DNA from: Styela clava
Lineage: Eukaryota
Reading direction: 5' to 3'
Length of the DNA: 64,000 bases
Assembly: GCF_964204865.1 (NCBI RefSeq)
Contig: NC_135258.1
Coordinates: 7,936,001-8,000,000 of the forward strand
Shown here piece after piece: positions 36,763 to 50,678 of this stretch. The notes below the pieces were generated by a model. It was not told the DNA's origin and made no database searches. It saw only the letters and a program-made list of their open reading frames with translations. Position 1 is the stretch's first letter; each line of letters opens with the position of its first letter. The position numbers and the translations under genes are program-made.

Positions 36763-39677
36763 TAGTATAGATTTATAGAAGTTAAATAGTTAATAACATT
36801 TACGTACAGAGTGGTCATAAAGTCGCACATCAAGGTAAATCTCAAAGATACAAAAACCTTGAAATTATTCGATCCTGAGACACAGTCTTCTCTGATTCAT
36901 CGTGATAACAATCCAAAATTAGAATGAGTCGCCCATTGACGTACACGTTATGACGTAGATTGTGAGTTTAACTCTGGTGTGCGACTTTATAGCTATCCCT
37001 GTATTGTAGCCTACAGTCAAATAAATACTTTCTCATTAGTCCATTGAAATTTCAAGTTTTGCCTGATACATGTTTTTATGTGTGTCAAGATTATCATGTT
37101 TGCATTTTCATTGTCATCTTATGAAAGTTGCATTGTTTTGTGTCTTCTCACCTAAAATATATCACATTCCATCATACAATTCTTTTTTTGTCATAATGGA
37201 GGACGAATAGATGAGATTCACATTAATGTTGATCATATAGGCGTTGTCAGGTGGTGGGGGTGATAAGAGGGGTATTTGCAGTGCGACATAAATTCTTACG
37301 CCTCCGCCAACACCATTTTGCTCTAGTTTTGAACGGTTTATTGAAAACCGGAGGATTCCTGACTTGCTGTCAATTATCTTTTCTCCAAATGTACCAACCG
37401 ATATGGAAGAAAATGCACACTTATATAATTTGGATAACTCCGTCAGCAAAGTAAGGCTGTTGAAAGATTCTTCAAGATATTGCTAGATATCAGTGGCTGC
37501 CTTTACCTAGGCTTTTTCGAAGCAAAACGCACGAGTAAGCGTCGTATTTCCTCATTGTACAAAAAATGCCCCCCTCACCAATTTTGGGTTGGCTATGGTC
37601 TTGAATGCGCCATGTCTATTCTGTAACATAGTACTGTCTCTCTGATTGCAACCAACCAAGTAAATAAAAGTGAAAAGTTTTCATTTACCGCTGAATAGCA
37701 ATATTTTTCTGACTAAAAGAATCCTACTAAGGTATGCAATCTCGGTTGTGGGATTTCAGTGATTTCAGTATTAACCTAGTTCAGCGATGACAGAGGGTTA
37801 AGAACTGCATTCTATGAGAATGTCTTTATTAGGCTAAACGCATACTGAAGTGGCACCGATAGAGATCCCTTCAAGCAGATGCGACAGTACTCCCGTAGTG
37901 TGTGAACCCTTACCTACAGGCTTCCGTCCATTTACACAACTTGGTGTAAAGTAGGCGAACAAAATTAGCTACCTCCGTATTGATACATATATTTTTTGTG
38001 CGCCGGTGCGATCGCATACCAAAGTGGCACTCTCAACAGTATGTTTATGGCTATCATAGACTGAATCGTTTTTTGTACATGTGCCTAATTTATATATTCA
38101 AGTAAATGATTATTGTCAGTTATATTAAATACATAATTAAATAAATGTTGCTTTATACAATAAATTGTTGTACACAGATAAATCATGACCCTGTAAAATA
38201 TACAAAATTGTTTTTTTTTTGTTTAGCTTTCGCGTCATTATAAATTAAACGGATTTGTACTATCGTTATTGTAATGAAAAACGTAAATTATGTGTATATC
38301 ATCATCAACATTGTATTATATAAAGTGGAACATGACTGAAATTAAAGCCATAAGCACCAGTTAAATTTCCCCCTTTTTATGAAATAGGCAAATATTTATT
38401 GCTCGCTAAATGTAATGAATCAATTTTATTTGTTGCTCGCTATTGTTCTCCTGCTGCACTTTTATTATTGTTTTAGACTTTTTTGTTTGATTTCAGCGGA
38501 CCCAATATTATTGCAATATTATTGAAAATCTAGGAATAAAAAAAACATGTCTCTAGGAAAAAAAAATAAAACTTTATGAATCATTAAAAACGCTCCCAGC
38601 ATCTAATGATAAACTTTGGACGTCTTTAAGAAGAAAACATTCGAACTCCGCAAAGGGAAGTCGAAGAAAAGCAAAGCTGAACCATCATAGCCCACGGTAT
38701 ACAGACCACGGACGTTTTACCCTATGAATTTTTCTCACCAAAAGACAATTTTAATTGATATTTTATTTTGCTTTCACCTTCGGAGTTGTTTAAAAAAAAA
38801 AAATTACCCATGGGGATTTATAGGATATTTGCTCAAACTAAGGGCTCGGGGTTTACATGGTTAGAGTTTTACCGATGCCACAGGGTACCCAGATATGTCG
38901 CTACTGTGAAGAACAAATATGAGCAAATAAATCTATAAATATTTGTGTATTATATATTAATATTTCTAAACAACTACCAAGGCAACAGAAAGTCGAAGTC
39001 ATAACGCCATACGCCACCTAGAGATAAGAAAAGTCTGTGGAGCGAAACGTCGGCGATGCGAAAAGTTTTAAACCATGGCTCATCACCAAACTCAGTGCGG
39101 TGAATCCCAAAACTTCATAGTCTGCTATAGGCCAACGCATTCGGTACATACAGGCTGGGTAGTGTTTCCCTCGGCAATGTAACTTCTGCCAGAATACGTC
39201 TTAGCCATTACAATTAGGCACAGGTAATCACACTATAATGAATAGTTGGTAGAGAGTTCGCTCTCGCCCATGGCTAGATTATTATTGAAAATATTTGCTC
39301 AAAGCAAGGTCATGAAAACTCACTCAGAAATTAAATTTTATCACAAGAGGCAATCAAAAAATATTCGCAAAATACGTGTAATTGTAGTTTTTCATTTCCG
39401 CACTTCCAATTATTTTTATTTCTCCATTTATTGTTGGATGAAATAAACTTTACTCTTTGTTACAAAATCTACTTCTGATCCGGCTCGACTGCGGACGAAG
39501 AAAGTGGCGCGAAGAAGAAGCGACTCAACTTGACTTGTGGGCTGTGGCTCGACTCGGCTCCGTTCTCGAGCGTTACTTACAAACTTGGCAGGCCCGAAGC
39601 AAAATAATCCCTGATTCAAGGCTCAAGTTCAAAAACGTTGGCCAAACACTAACTATCGATGTCTTTATAATTCACAG

Positions 39678-39763
39678 GACTGGAGACGATGCATAGAATA
39701 TCCACCAATGGTCCTCATGAGATTCGACACAAGAGACAACGAAAAATTATTTGCAAAATATGG
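39678..39763 (+). pseudogene. Orphan exon 4 of a ficolin-like gene with an 11-bp deletion
   Basis: ttcacag|GACTGGAGACGATGCATAGAATATCCACCAATGGTCCTCATGAG... is 86 bp versus 97 bp in intact copies, and is flanked by intron-3-like and intron-4-like sequence. Confidence 0.82.
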
Positions 39764-41173
39764 GTGATTGGAATTTTTTATTACGCACCGCCAAATATTT
39801 TGTGTACTTCATTCGGTGTTTGATAAAATGAGAGAGCGTATAAAGGCTTTCAAAACGGCCAATTATTCAGTAAACGAACCATTTCAAGCGGGCCATTAGT
39901 TTTACATATACTGCAAACTGGTCATTGCATTTACGTATATATATATATTTTATTATATTTTTTTATGACTAATTCGAGACATTATCATGCCCTCGGTTTT
40001 CTGAAGTATACCCGTAGAGAAAACCCACTCTCTTAGATTTCTTTGGAAAAATCTCGCTGTTCGTGTTGAGACTACAGTTGGAGGATTGTTTGAAGATTTC
40101 CCGTCAAACCTTTCATAAGGCTCACTGAACGCCGTCAAGTACTTCTTGGGTGGGCGTGGCATAACTGCTTTAGCATATTTCATTTCTAACCCCAACGTCA
40201 TCCCAATTTGACGTCACTACAAAGTCACAGTGACCAAATAAGGCCCTTCAAAGTCAAAGTGATTACAAACCAAGTGAGGACATGCATTAGTAATGTTATA
40301 AGCACTGGTGTGACGTCACACCCGCTATTTTGTGTCCAGGGTTGTATAGCTGTAGAGAGAGAAAGAGAGAGTTTATTTCGTTTGTCGAACCATAAACATA
40401 CAATGTATGCACACATATATAAATAATAATAATAAAAAACAGATGCTTAGGTGAATGACTGGGAGACAACGATACGACCTTTTGGGGTCATCAGAATCTG
40501 TTGCCCCCCATACAATTATAACACCTAATAATAAAATGATTCAACAGGTTTTTTGTTAATTTTTCAATGCCTCTCATTTATTCACTATATACACTATTTA
40601 CGAGAATTTTTAAATTTGATCCCAACTTAGTGATTTAAACCCGCGATCGCTAAACAGTTGAATAAAAATACGATGCTCAATAGGATAGGATTTACATATT
40701 TATCGTGGGAGAGAGGAAAGCCGATAGGACGGTTTAACCATGTGATATGGCGAACCACGCCTCTCGTCAAGTTACCATTCCATGTCGGGTATGGGATTTG
40801 GTAGTTGTTTGTTTTCGGTAGCATGGACTTGATTGATGAAGCCGTAACCGACCAGCGGTTACGTGAACCACCCTACGGACCCATAATTCGGACCAAACTT
40901 CCGCAGTGCCAAAACGAATGAAAATTTCCCTGAAAAAATAATTTTCCACAGATGTTTCTCAGATAACTCGGCTCGGCGATATGGTCAGCATACACGAAGT
41001 TAAGGTTAAAGTCATCCAACTTCACTCGATATATCAACACCCAATAAGGCCAAAAATATTAAACAATGAGATATACATTTTATTGTAAAAATTCCTGATG
41101 TAAGTATCGCTACTTGCACTTGAGCTATTTTAACAAACTGGCAGGACTACAATACAGAAATTTGCAACTATTA

Positions 41174-41534
41174 CGGCGTTTCCCCCAAAATAAGAGAGTG
41201 TCATATTTCAATTTTTTTTCGAAAAATAACACTAGGGCTTATTTTTTGGGGATGTCGTTTATTTTCATTTAGAGAAATACGAGATTTCAAATATATATAC
41301 AAAATATCAAAAACGATATCCATTTACTTAAAAATAACAAATTTTTATTCAAAATAACAGCTAAACATAGAATATTAATCCTTTAAAACGAGTAGGAAAG
41401 ATTGTTTGCTGTAGAACGAGGCAAAAAAATGTGCTATCGACTAGGTCTTATTTTAAGGGAAGGGCTTATATTAAAATCATTTTTAAAATTCATGTCTCAT
41501 TTTCAGGGTAGGTCTTATTTTCGTGTAAACACGG
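41174..41534. mobile_element. pogo/Tigger-type MITE
   Basis: TA|CGGCGTTTCCCCCAAAATAAGA ... TCTTATTTTCGTGTAAACACGG|TA with internal GGGCTTAT/GGTCTTAT repeats. A left-deleted paralog lies at ~727-1068. Confidence 0.68.
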
Positions 41535-44500
41535 TAGTACGTATCATGATATTAAAATATGCGTATCGTAAATTTTCAACAAGGATTACATTGCCAAAAT
41601 ATATTAAAAAAGTATACTACATGCATGGAACGAAGGATAATGGCATATATAAAGGTTATAAGAACATCTAATATTCTGGAGTGTATAAAATAATATATTA
41701 TCTATTTGACTTGAGCTCTTGCTAAAGAATTACTAGCATACTGTTTGTCAATAATTTTATTTGTCTCCTCTTTTGCGTGAATATTTAACCTTATATCGAA
41801 AAAGCGTTTTACAATTTTAAAAGCGACATTGTTGTATGAAATTATATTTCAAGCAGTGAACTTCATCTGTCAGAAAAATAACTGGCGAACATATAATATG
41901 AAAGGCATTAATGTCGGCGCGAAATATAGTTTCTACGTCGCGCAAAAATACGATTGCATTTTTGAATGGATGGCATACATATTGTGTAAAACTATCAACT
42001 TTCTAATTTTTATCATGTGTGTAAGACCGAAAAAGAGTTAGTAACGATTGTGGGCATTCATCGGGATTGACAGATTCCATAGAAACAAACAAACAATTTG
42101 AACCCTGCGGGCCCGCTGGAAACATCGAGGCTAATTTTTCACTGTTGGACATCATTAAAATTACAATTAAGTTTTATCAACGAGAACGTGGAAAACCTAA
42201 TGGCCTCGCTAGATCACCTATAGTAAATATTTTACGTTTTTCGACGCAAAAGAATCGAAATATCCTACCAATAAGTTGATAGGAGCTGTAACACCAGTCG
42301 CGGCAACGGGTCTTTAAATTTTGTACGTTTTAATGTACAACTTGTATGCTTCAATGAAATTTGTAAGGCCGCACAATGTGCTATGAATGAGTTCGTTTAC
42401 ATCTTATAATTTTTGGAGCAACTGTTGTAACAGCTCATTAAATCAAGAAAACTTTTCCCGAAAAAGTTCATTTTGTCAGCTTCTGAAATGATTAATATAA
42501 ACGCAGGCTTCAAACGTTCGGCATGGTGTGACTGTGAACAGGTATCACAATATCAGTTCAAATAATACCTGTTTTAAACCTATGCTTTAGGTGAATGACG
42601 TTTCATACTTGCGCGGGAAAGCGATATGTGTTTTCATAAGGAACGCAGAGCTACTACGTTGCAACGTAATTGCGTAACGAAGTAATTAGGGAACGTCGTT
42701 GTTCAACTCAAGTTGGCGCAGCGGACATGTGAAGAATTGGAGAACATTGAATGAAATAGCTTATACAACTTCACTGGTTCATGATAAATTCAATTTAACG
42801 GTACTATTCAAAAGCTATCTTTAACCTCTATGTGTCGATATCATATTAGATTAACACAACAACAAATCTAAGTTTTTGTTATTTAATTCAAAAACATTTA
42901 AACAAATTTCACGCTTTTCAATATTGTCGATTTTTGTACGATAATCGCGACATTTTATCACCATCTCATAATTATCGTTAGTCTCCTAGATTTTCTCTCA
43001 AACAATATAAAACTTGTCCGTATATGTTATAAGGTTCGTGAGATATGAGGTTTCGAAGTTGCATATTTCACACGGGATGATAAGATAACTATCGCAACTT
43101 TCAAGAAGCCGCGCAATACCAGTATTATTCTTTTAGGCAAATAGCAAAAGAAAAATACTGAACTTACCCGAATAAAATGCAAAAAAGTAACAAATCTTCA
43201 AACAAATTGACGAACTAAACCTGAACAGCATACTGACGGAGCTAAAACAAACCGGGGCTACCGCGTTACCACGATTCTTCGGACACAAAATGGCGTCCTT
43301 TATGCACCATTGCACTCGATGTCTACACTTGGTTTCTAATTACTTTTGTCAAAGTATACTGACTGCCGTCTGAAAACAGGGATGTCCTATCCGGGGGCCG
43401 CATGCGGCCCACAGGAAGAATTCGTGCGGCCCACTTGAAGTTTTTATATAAATATGGACATATAAACATATTTTACATAACAATTTTCTGGTATGATGTC
43501 AAATCATACTAGAATTTAGGCTTTAATTTCACTCGACTCCGCCCTAAGAAAAGCGTTGTTAAACGTCACAGAACATGATTTTATAGAGGGCCACTCAAGC
43601 GTGCAACATCTTTGGCGAGACAATGAGTTTTCTACCCATTGTGAAGTCATCAAGGTTGAAGTCACATACCGGTACTGTGTTTTATCGATGGTTGTTGAAC
43701 CACAAAAACAAATCCACCGGTATGTCTGGAACAAAATAGATGAAGCTTGAGGATGAAAATCGAAAATATCAAAAGGATTGGGAAGAGTTGTAAGGCAACG
43801 ATGTATGCGTAATATGCCTGTTTGTAGCTTTAAGAATTATATTTGAAAAGCATAGGTGTACGCTGACGAACGAAAATTTGACAAACCAGTTAGTTACATT
43901 GTGCGGTATCAAAACTACCCGTTGATATTTAACTATATGGTAATGCTTCCGCAAAGATATCTATACCTGATATACTGGGAATTCATTTTAACTGTTTTTT
44001 AATGTAAATAAATGATTATCTCTTGCGTCCGGTTTAGCGTGACATCATAATGTACAGATTATTTCGGCATCTGACGGTAGTTGAAATTTATATTAAATAT
44101 ATATAGTAACTGAACACAATTAGTTCAACGGAAAAGATGACTTTAACGGATTAGTTTAATTAACGGAAGCGGATCGTACATTGCTATATATCGGCACAAT
44201 CTCAGGGGAGAGGTAAAATGGATTTCAAACGGTTTCATATTTCACCATATGCTCGGTAAAAGCAAAACTATTCGAGCAAAGATGCTCAAACAATGGCTGG
44301 TCGTATCAAATGCTTTTGCCCATGCACTCCATAGATCATAACATTATTAAAACATTGTACAAGATTGTCTTACAATAACTAGATCGTATAATCAGTATTG
44401 AGAAGGTCTAGAGCAGTTCTCCTCAAACGGATGTATATATAACCGGCTCGGGTTCCAAATAGCGACTGTCAGAACAGCGACAGTCATAATGGAGACTTCA

Positions 44501-46075
44501 TAAAAGTGACGTAATCAAGTGAGCGACTGTCAAAATGGCGACCGCATTAAAACAGCGACTGTTATGATAGCGTTAGAGTTAGTCCAAATAAAATGTTGTT
44601 CTAAAGTCCCTTTTGGTTTCAATCTTTCACTACGCAGTATTTGCCTGTTTGTGCGTGCATACGTGTGTAGAGAGGTCCCTAACCCTAACACGAGTTAAGT
44701 CGCTATCATACCAGTCGCTGCATTATGGCAGTCGCTGTTTTGACAGTCGCTATCCGGCCTGGATACCATACCACCAGGGGTACCGAAGATTTAAAGGGTA
44801 TATCACATAAATAGAGTGTTTCAACATAAAAAGAGATTTGGTACACTAACTTATTTTATTGCATTGTGTCACAAATAAAGCATAACGTGTATGTGCATTT
44901 AGTTAAGCACTTTGCTACATTCATATTGCGTCGCCCCACCGTTACCCAAGATGTGGTTGTATGATTGTAATGAAAGAGCTAGGTTATTTTAAACCCATCT
45001 CACGCTAAAAAAGAAGTGTCATAGGCAAACATTTTTACGCAAAATGTGATCACGGGAGATATTACGTAACTATTGAGATCACACAATCGATCATGGTGAA
45101 AAAGCCTGCTTTAACATCATTCGCAATGATCGTTGTACTGGTGTTCCTAATAGGTTAGTAATTATCAGATGCGTACTATCTGAAAGTTACTACATAAAAA
45201 TTAATTCCATAGTAAGACAAGTAGATACAACAACAAACGCGACAATAAACAACAATTGCATGAAATCAGAAGTATTGCCACTTATGACCTGATGCCTGAA
45301 GCTATTGACAAGGCTGAAATATAATCATAAATACCCTGCTCCATATTCGAAAAAACGAGATGCAAAGGCTACGCATAACTCCAGAGGCTACAAGATTTGA
45401 TTAAATATATTCGATTCTAAATCGATATCAATTCTGAAACAGAAAAGGGTTATGCACAGGGGCGTGTCAAACTGTTCTGCTGCATGGGGCGAGTTTCTGA
45501 TATCGATGCTCCTTAAACCTAACTTCTAAAATAATTTGGCTTATAAACATATTATAGATGTTTTTATGCAAGAGAATTAATAAATTAAAGATCACATAAC
45601 AATGAAATGTTTGTATTGTTTAAATTTAAATCACCAAACTAAGCAAAAAAAATCACTCCTATAACGTGCTGCCCTAGTTATGGGATATTCCATATTAGGA
45701 TCAAAACAGAAACATCAGCACCAGTAAATAGTAATTAAATCGAGCGATATATAGGTTTTAGTGAGATTGCAAGAATAACCGCAATACTGCACACTTTGAA
45801 GACCTAATTTGAATAAATATCACAATGCTGCAGTTTTCAACTCGAAATAATACACGTGATGCATAAAGTAAATAGCCTGCTGACCTAGAGGTAAGTTTTC
45901 GCGTGTTTGTGTTTATTAGCGACATATTAATTTCATTCTGCTGCTATTACAGCCGTGACATAACTGCCTACTAAAACTCATTTAACCGCAGAGTCAACAA
46001 CGCAATGCGTTGTATATAAAAGCAATTATTCTGGGCCGTTTGGTATTTTATTCCTGTAAATTTTATCAGACGGAC

Positions 46076-49055
46076 ATGATGTGGACGCTTAATACTATGT
46101 CATTTTTCTTGGTGACTTTAATCATTCTCCAATACTTCGCTAGTGAGTCTCAAGCAAGTATTAGTCTCGGAACCTGTCATCTTTTGTGTAATGAGGAAGA
46201 AGCTTGTATGGAAGGGCCTCCTGGACCACCTGGAGAGCGCGGCCCAGAAGGACCTCGCGGAATGATGGGACCAGCAGGGCCACCCAGTACTTGCTGCGAA
46301 GATCTAGTTGAACGATACGAACAGCTTGATCATCATGTTCAAGAGTTGGATGGTAAGTTATCAAATGTTGCGATGCATTGGGAAACTGTACTTTTTCTGT
46401 TTTAGTCTCCCGTTTAATATTAGTTTGGCAAGTTCATTATTTCAACGAAAAATTGCAAGTTGCTAACTTGCATTATATTTGTACTTGTTGCTTGTACATT
46501 CGGGCAATTGTTATTTGGGTTGGAAAAAGCGAAATAGTTATAATTTTTTGGGCAATTCGATACGATACAAAGAACAATACTTTGACTTGGGAAATTTATC
46601 TATATTCGTAACATGGCTCGATACCATGTAAAAATAATTTTCCAAACAATTCTTAGTTTTTTAAATTATTAAAACAGGCATGGAACACATTATAAGTGAC
46701 ATTACTTTCTCTAGAATGGATGTTTGCACGGGACTGTGCAGCGGTAAAAACTCACGTGATATCAAGTGGAACTTACGTGATTCATCCGTTCAATGAAAGT
46801 AAACAAGGAGTCCAAGTGTATTGTGATCAAGAAACCGATGGTGGTGGATGGATTGTGAGTAGAGTTTTGATATCCCTCGTGTACCCTTGTAACACCATAC
46901 GGCGGTAAGGAGTTGGGCAATCCTTATGCCTATAATCACCCACAGGATTCAAACCTGCGAACCCACGCAGTGTAATCAGAGGTGCGATGGAAAGCGTTGT
47001 CCTAACACGTCGCCTCAGATTTTAGACCAATGCGTCGCGCAAAAATATTAACCATAATATATCATTGCATATGCTCGTTTTATGACACAAAAAGAAAGAA
47101 TACAGACATCTGAGTCGAACAATTGTCCCTAAAATTTGACGATCCCAACTCATTTTGAATTTACCTGTCACATTCATTTTTAGGTAATACAAAGAAGACT
47201 TGACGGAACTGAAGATTTTTATCGTGACTGGAATGACTATGTCACCGGTTTCGGGTACATAGGACGAGAATTCTGGCTAGGTATACTTTAAATTATAAAC
47301 ATAATTTTGCGTTGGTTATTTGAAATATAATACAATTTATATAATTTCATACTGATGATGGCGTCGATGATGACAAGGCAATGTGTTTTGTCTCAAATTT
47401 TCTATTTATAAGGATTCGGTATTCCGACTATCATATATATACAGGGTGGATCTGAAGTATATTAAAATTAATGTTAGATTATTTTCACAAAACTGTCACT
47501 CTACACCTGGTCCACCCAAAATACCATCAAAATATACCAGATTCTAAACAATTTTATTCCTTCAAATTATGACCTCGGCTTGTGACTCGGGTATGCAGTA
47601 ACTTGATTCGATACCGTTCTCGATCGTTAAAAACGTTCGTTGTTCAAGGTTTAAGTTCAGAAACGCGGGCTAACCATTAGCTAACTGGCTCGTTTAACTG
47701 TGTCTATGACGTAAAATATTGACTAGAATTGACTCAATGTTGGAAAACACATGATTCAAGGTTTTAGAAACGTTGGCCTAACACTATTGATATCTTCATA
47801 ATTCACAGGATTGGAAACGATGCATAGAATATCTACCAATGGTCCTCATGAGATTCGATTCGATTTTATCACAAGAGACAACGAAAAATTATTTGCAAAA
47901 TACGGGTAATGGAAGTTGTTTTTACGCACTGCCAAGTATTTTGTATACCTTATTTAGTTTTTGGTAAACTGAAAGAGCGTAAAAAGACTTACAAAACGGT
48001 CAAACAAAAATTCAGTGAACTAACATTTTAAGTTTGCTTATAGTATTGCGTGTGAATATACAGAGTGTATTTAAAGTCCCTTCACAGTATAAATTTTATG
48101 AAGTCAGTTTCCAATATATTTACACCAGGTTTGTTGTAATTTAATCAGTAATTGTTTGAGTATATTTACTTCATTTAATACATCTGTGAGGGCCAGAACA
48201 ATATATCAATAAATTCCCTTTGCAATTTTGGAAAAATTCCAAGACTTCATGATCGCCCCGTATATTTAGATTCTAGGCGGCTACATAAAAGTAACAAAAG
48301 TAATTGTTTGTTTGAAGCATTTGATTTTTTAAAGATTTCTCCACATTTTCGTTTGATGATCGTCATCGTTTCTGGCAAATTTGTTTCAAGTAGACTCATC
48401 CTAAAATAACCTAAAATATCATATAATTTTTAGACAATTTCAAATTGCTGGAGCAGAGGACAATTATCGAATAACGATTACCGGATATTCAGGAAATGCA
48501 GGTATACTCAAAATAATTTTTATAATCTACAATTGACAATAACGCTGTTTTTCGATTTATATAGCAATGGTTACCAACCGGAGGTCCCAATGGGGCATAG
48601 CAGTAAGAGGGCGCCACAGTGCTAGGCGTGAAACTGATCTTACTTATGCCTTGGCAAGTAAGCTTCCATCAAGCTAAGCATGATTTTAATTGCCTAATCT
48701 TCATCTCTCATCATAAATATAGGATTTGATCAAGTAACATGTATCGCACTACACTTATTCTTGAGTCATTTAATTTATCACGTTGTTTCTATTAACAGGC
48801 GATTCAATGGCGCACCATAACAATAACCAATTTACGACGAAGGATCAAGAAAACGACCAGGACCCAGGAAAAAATTGCGCTGAATCGTACATAGGGGGTT
48901 GGTGGTACAACTATTGTCACCACGCTAACTTGAATGGTTTATACACAGGTACATCGACCGAGGGTTTATCGTGGTTTAAGTGGAAAAATACGTACACTCC
49001 ATTTGCAAAATTTGTGGAAATTAAGATCAGGAAATCAGCCGTGCCAGATCTTTAA
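46076..49055 (+). CDS. Ficolin-like protein, copy 4, 311 aa, 6 exons
   Basis: Exons 46076-46352, 46715-46854, 47184-47280, 47809-47905, 48434-48501, 48799-49055. The frame is open, and the exon-6 protein equals copy 1 except FST->FTT. Confidence 0.93.
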
Positions 49056-50678
49056 TAGTATAGAAGTGAAATAGTTTATAACATCTACGTACAATACAAG
49101 GGTGGCATAAAGACGCACATCAAGGTAAATCTCAAAGATACAAAACCCCTGAAATTATTCAATCCTGAGACACAGTCTTCTCTGATTCATCATGATAACA
49201 ATCTAAAATTAGAATGAGTCGCCCATTGACGTACACGTTTTGACGTAGATTGCGAGTTTAACTCTGATGCGCGACTTTATGGCCACCTCTGTATTGTAAC
49301 GTACAGTCAAATAAATACTTTCTCATTAGTCCATTGAAATTTCAAGTTTTGCCTGATACATGTGTTTATGTGTGTCAAGATTATCATGTTTGCCTATCGT
49401 GAAATATCAGACTAATAGTACTTGCCATAATAATCTATCTTGCCGTAATAATATTCTTTAAAATTGCATTGTGTCGTGTCTTTTCACCTAAAATATATAT
49501 CACCTTTCATCACATTATTTTTTTTTCAATAATGGAGGACGAATAGATGAGATTCCCACCAATGTTGCTCTCAAGCGTAGCCAGGTGGTGGGGTGCTGGG
49601 GTTATGCTCACGGATTTTCAGTATTTTTAGTGGGATTTTGGGCATTTGCCAATGGGACATAATCATAATGACATCCTAATGAACAAACCTAGGAAAATTT
49701 TCAAGATATTGTTGGATATCATTGGCTGTTTTTATCTGGCCTTGTTCAGAGTAAAAAACACGAGTAAGCGTCGTATTACGTCATTATACAATCAAGCCTA
49801 AATACTTAGAAGATATTCAAGCTTATTGGGGGGGTTTTGTATAGAGTGGCTTTTTATTGTGGGTTTCTCCAAACACACAAATTATCGAAAACAAAGAATT
49901 CATCACTCAGTCAGTTCGCTGAGTTGCCACACACAATAAAAAATAACTTACTAGGAAAGAAGAAGTCGCATATCATAATTGCATCTTAAAGAAAAGCAGG
50001 ATTTCACAAAGAAATTGAGGAATTCACTTCGAAACAAGATGGCTGATAATCAATGACGAATAAATAAAATCGGAGCAATACCACCGGAGATTCACAAATT
50101 GACATCAAAATATGCGTTCGATACATAGTAATCCCCAAGGACCGCTAGACATTTACCGGTATTTAGAATTTACCCTCGAAACTATAGGCAAGAAAATACC
50201 ACGTCAGTAATATGTATATGAGGGCAAATGTTTCGTATCCAGCTTGTAATCCCAACGTAGTTAAATTGACGTGCGAAATGTAATTTGAAAATAAATTTTA
50301 AAGTTTTAATTAAGTCGTGCGGTATACAAGGCTTAATAAGATTGCAAGAATAATCGAAAGGCTGCACCGGTCAAAAGCCTCATTTGATTATTTATATTTA
50401 TGATGTACTTTAACAAGTAATAAAATCCTATATTAGATACATACGAGACATGGTGTGCTGATTTAATATTCCCCAGAGATAGATTGCGCATGTATTCGAA
50501 AATTAGCGGCATATCAATGTTATTCTGGAATCATAACAGCCGTGGCAACGACTTTGTCTAAACATAACAACAGCTGCCTACTAAAATTCACATGTCCCAC
50601 CACAGCGCGTAGTGTATAAAAGCAATTATTTTGGGCCGATCGACATTTTATTGCTCATAATTGAGCCAGACGAAGATA

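Noticed and set aside
38710-39053. Possible TIR element (GGACGTTTT...GAAACGTCGG)
   Set aside because: The termini are too short and imperfect and no TSD could be identified.
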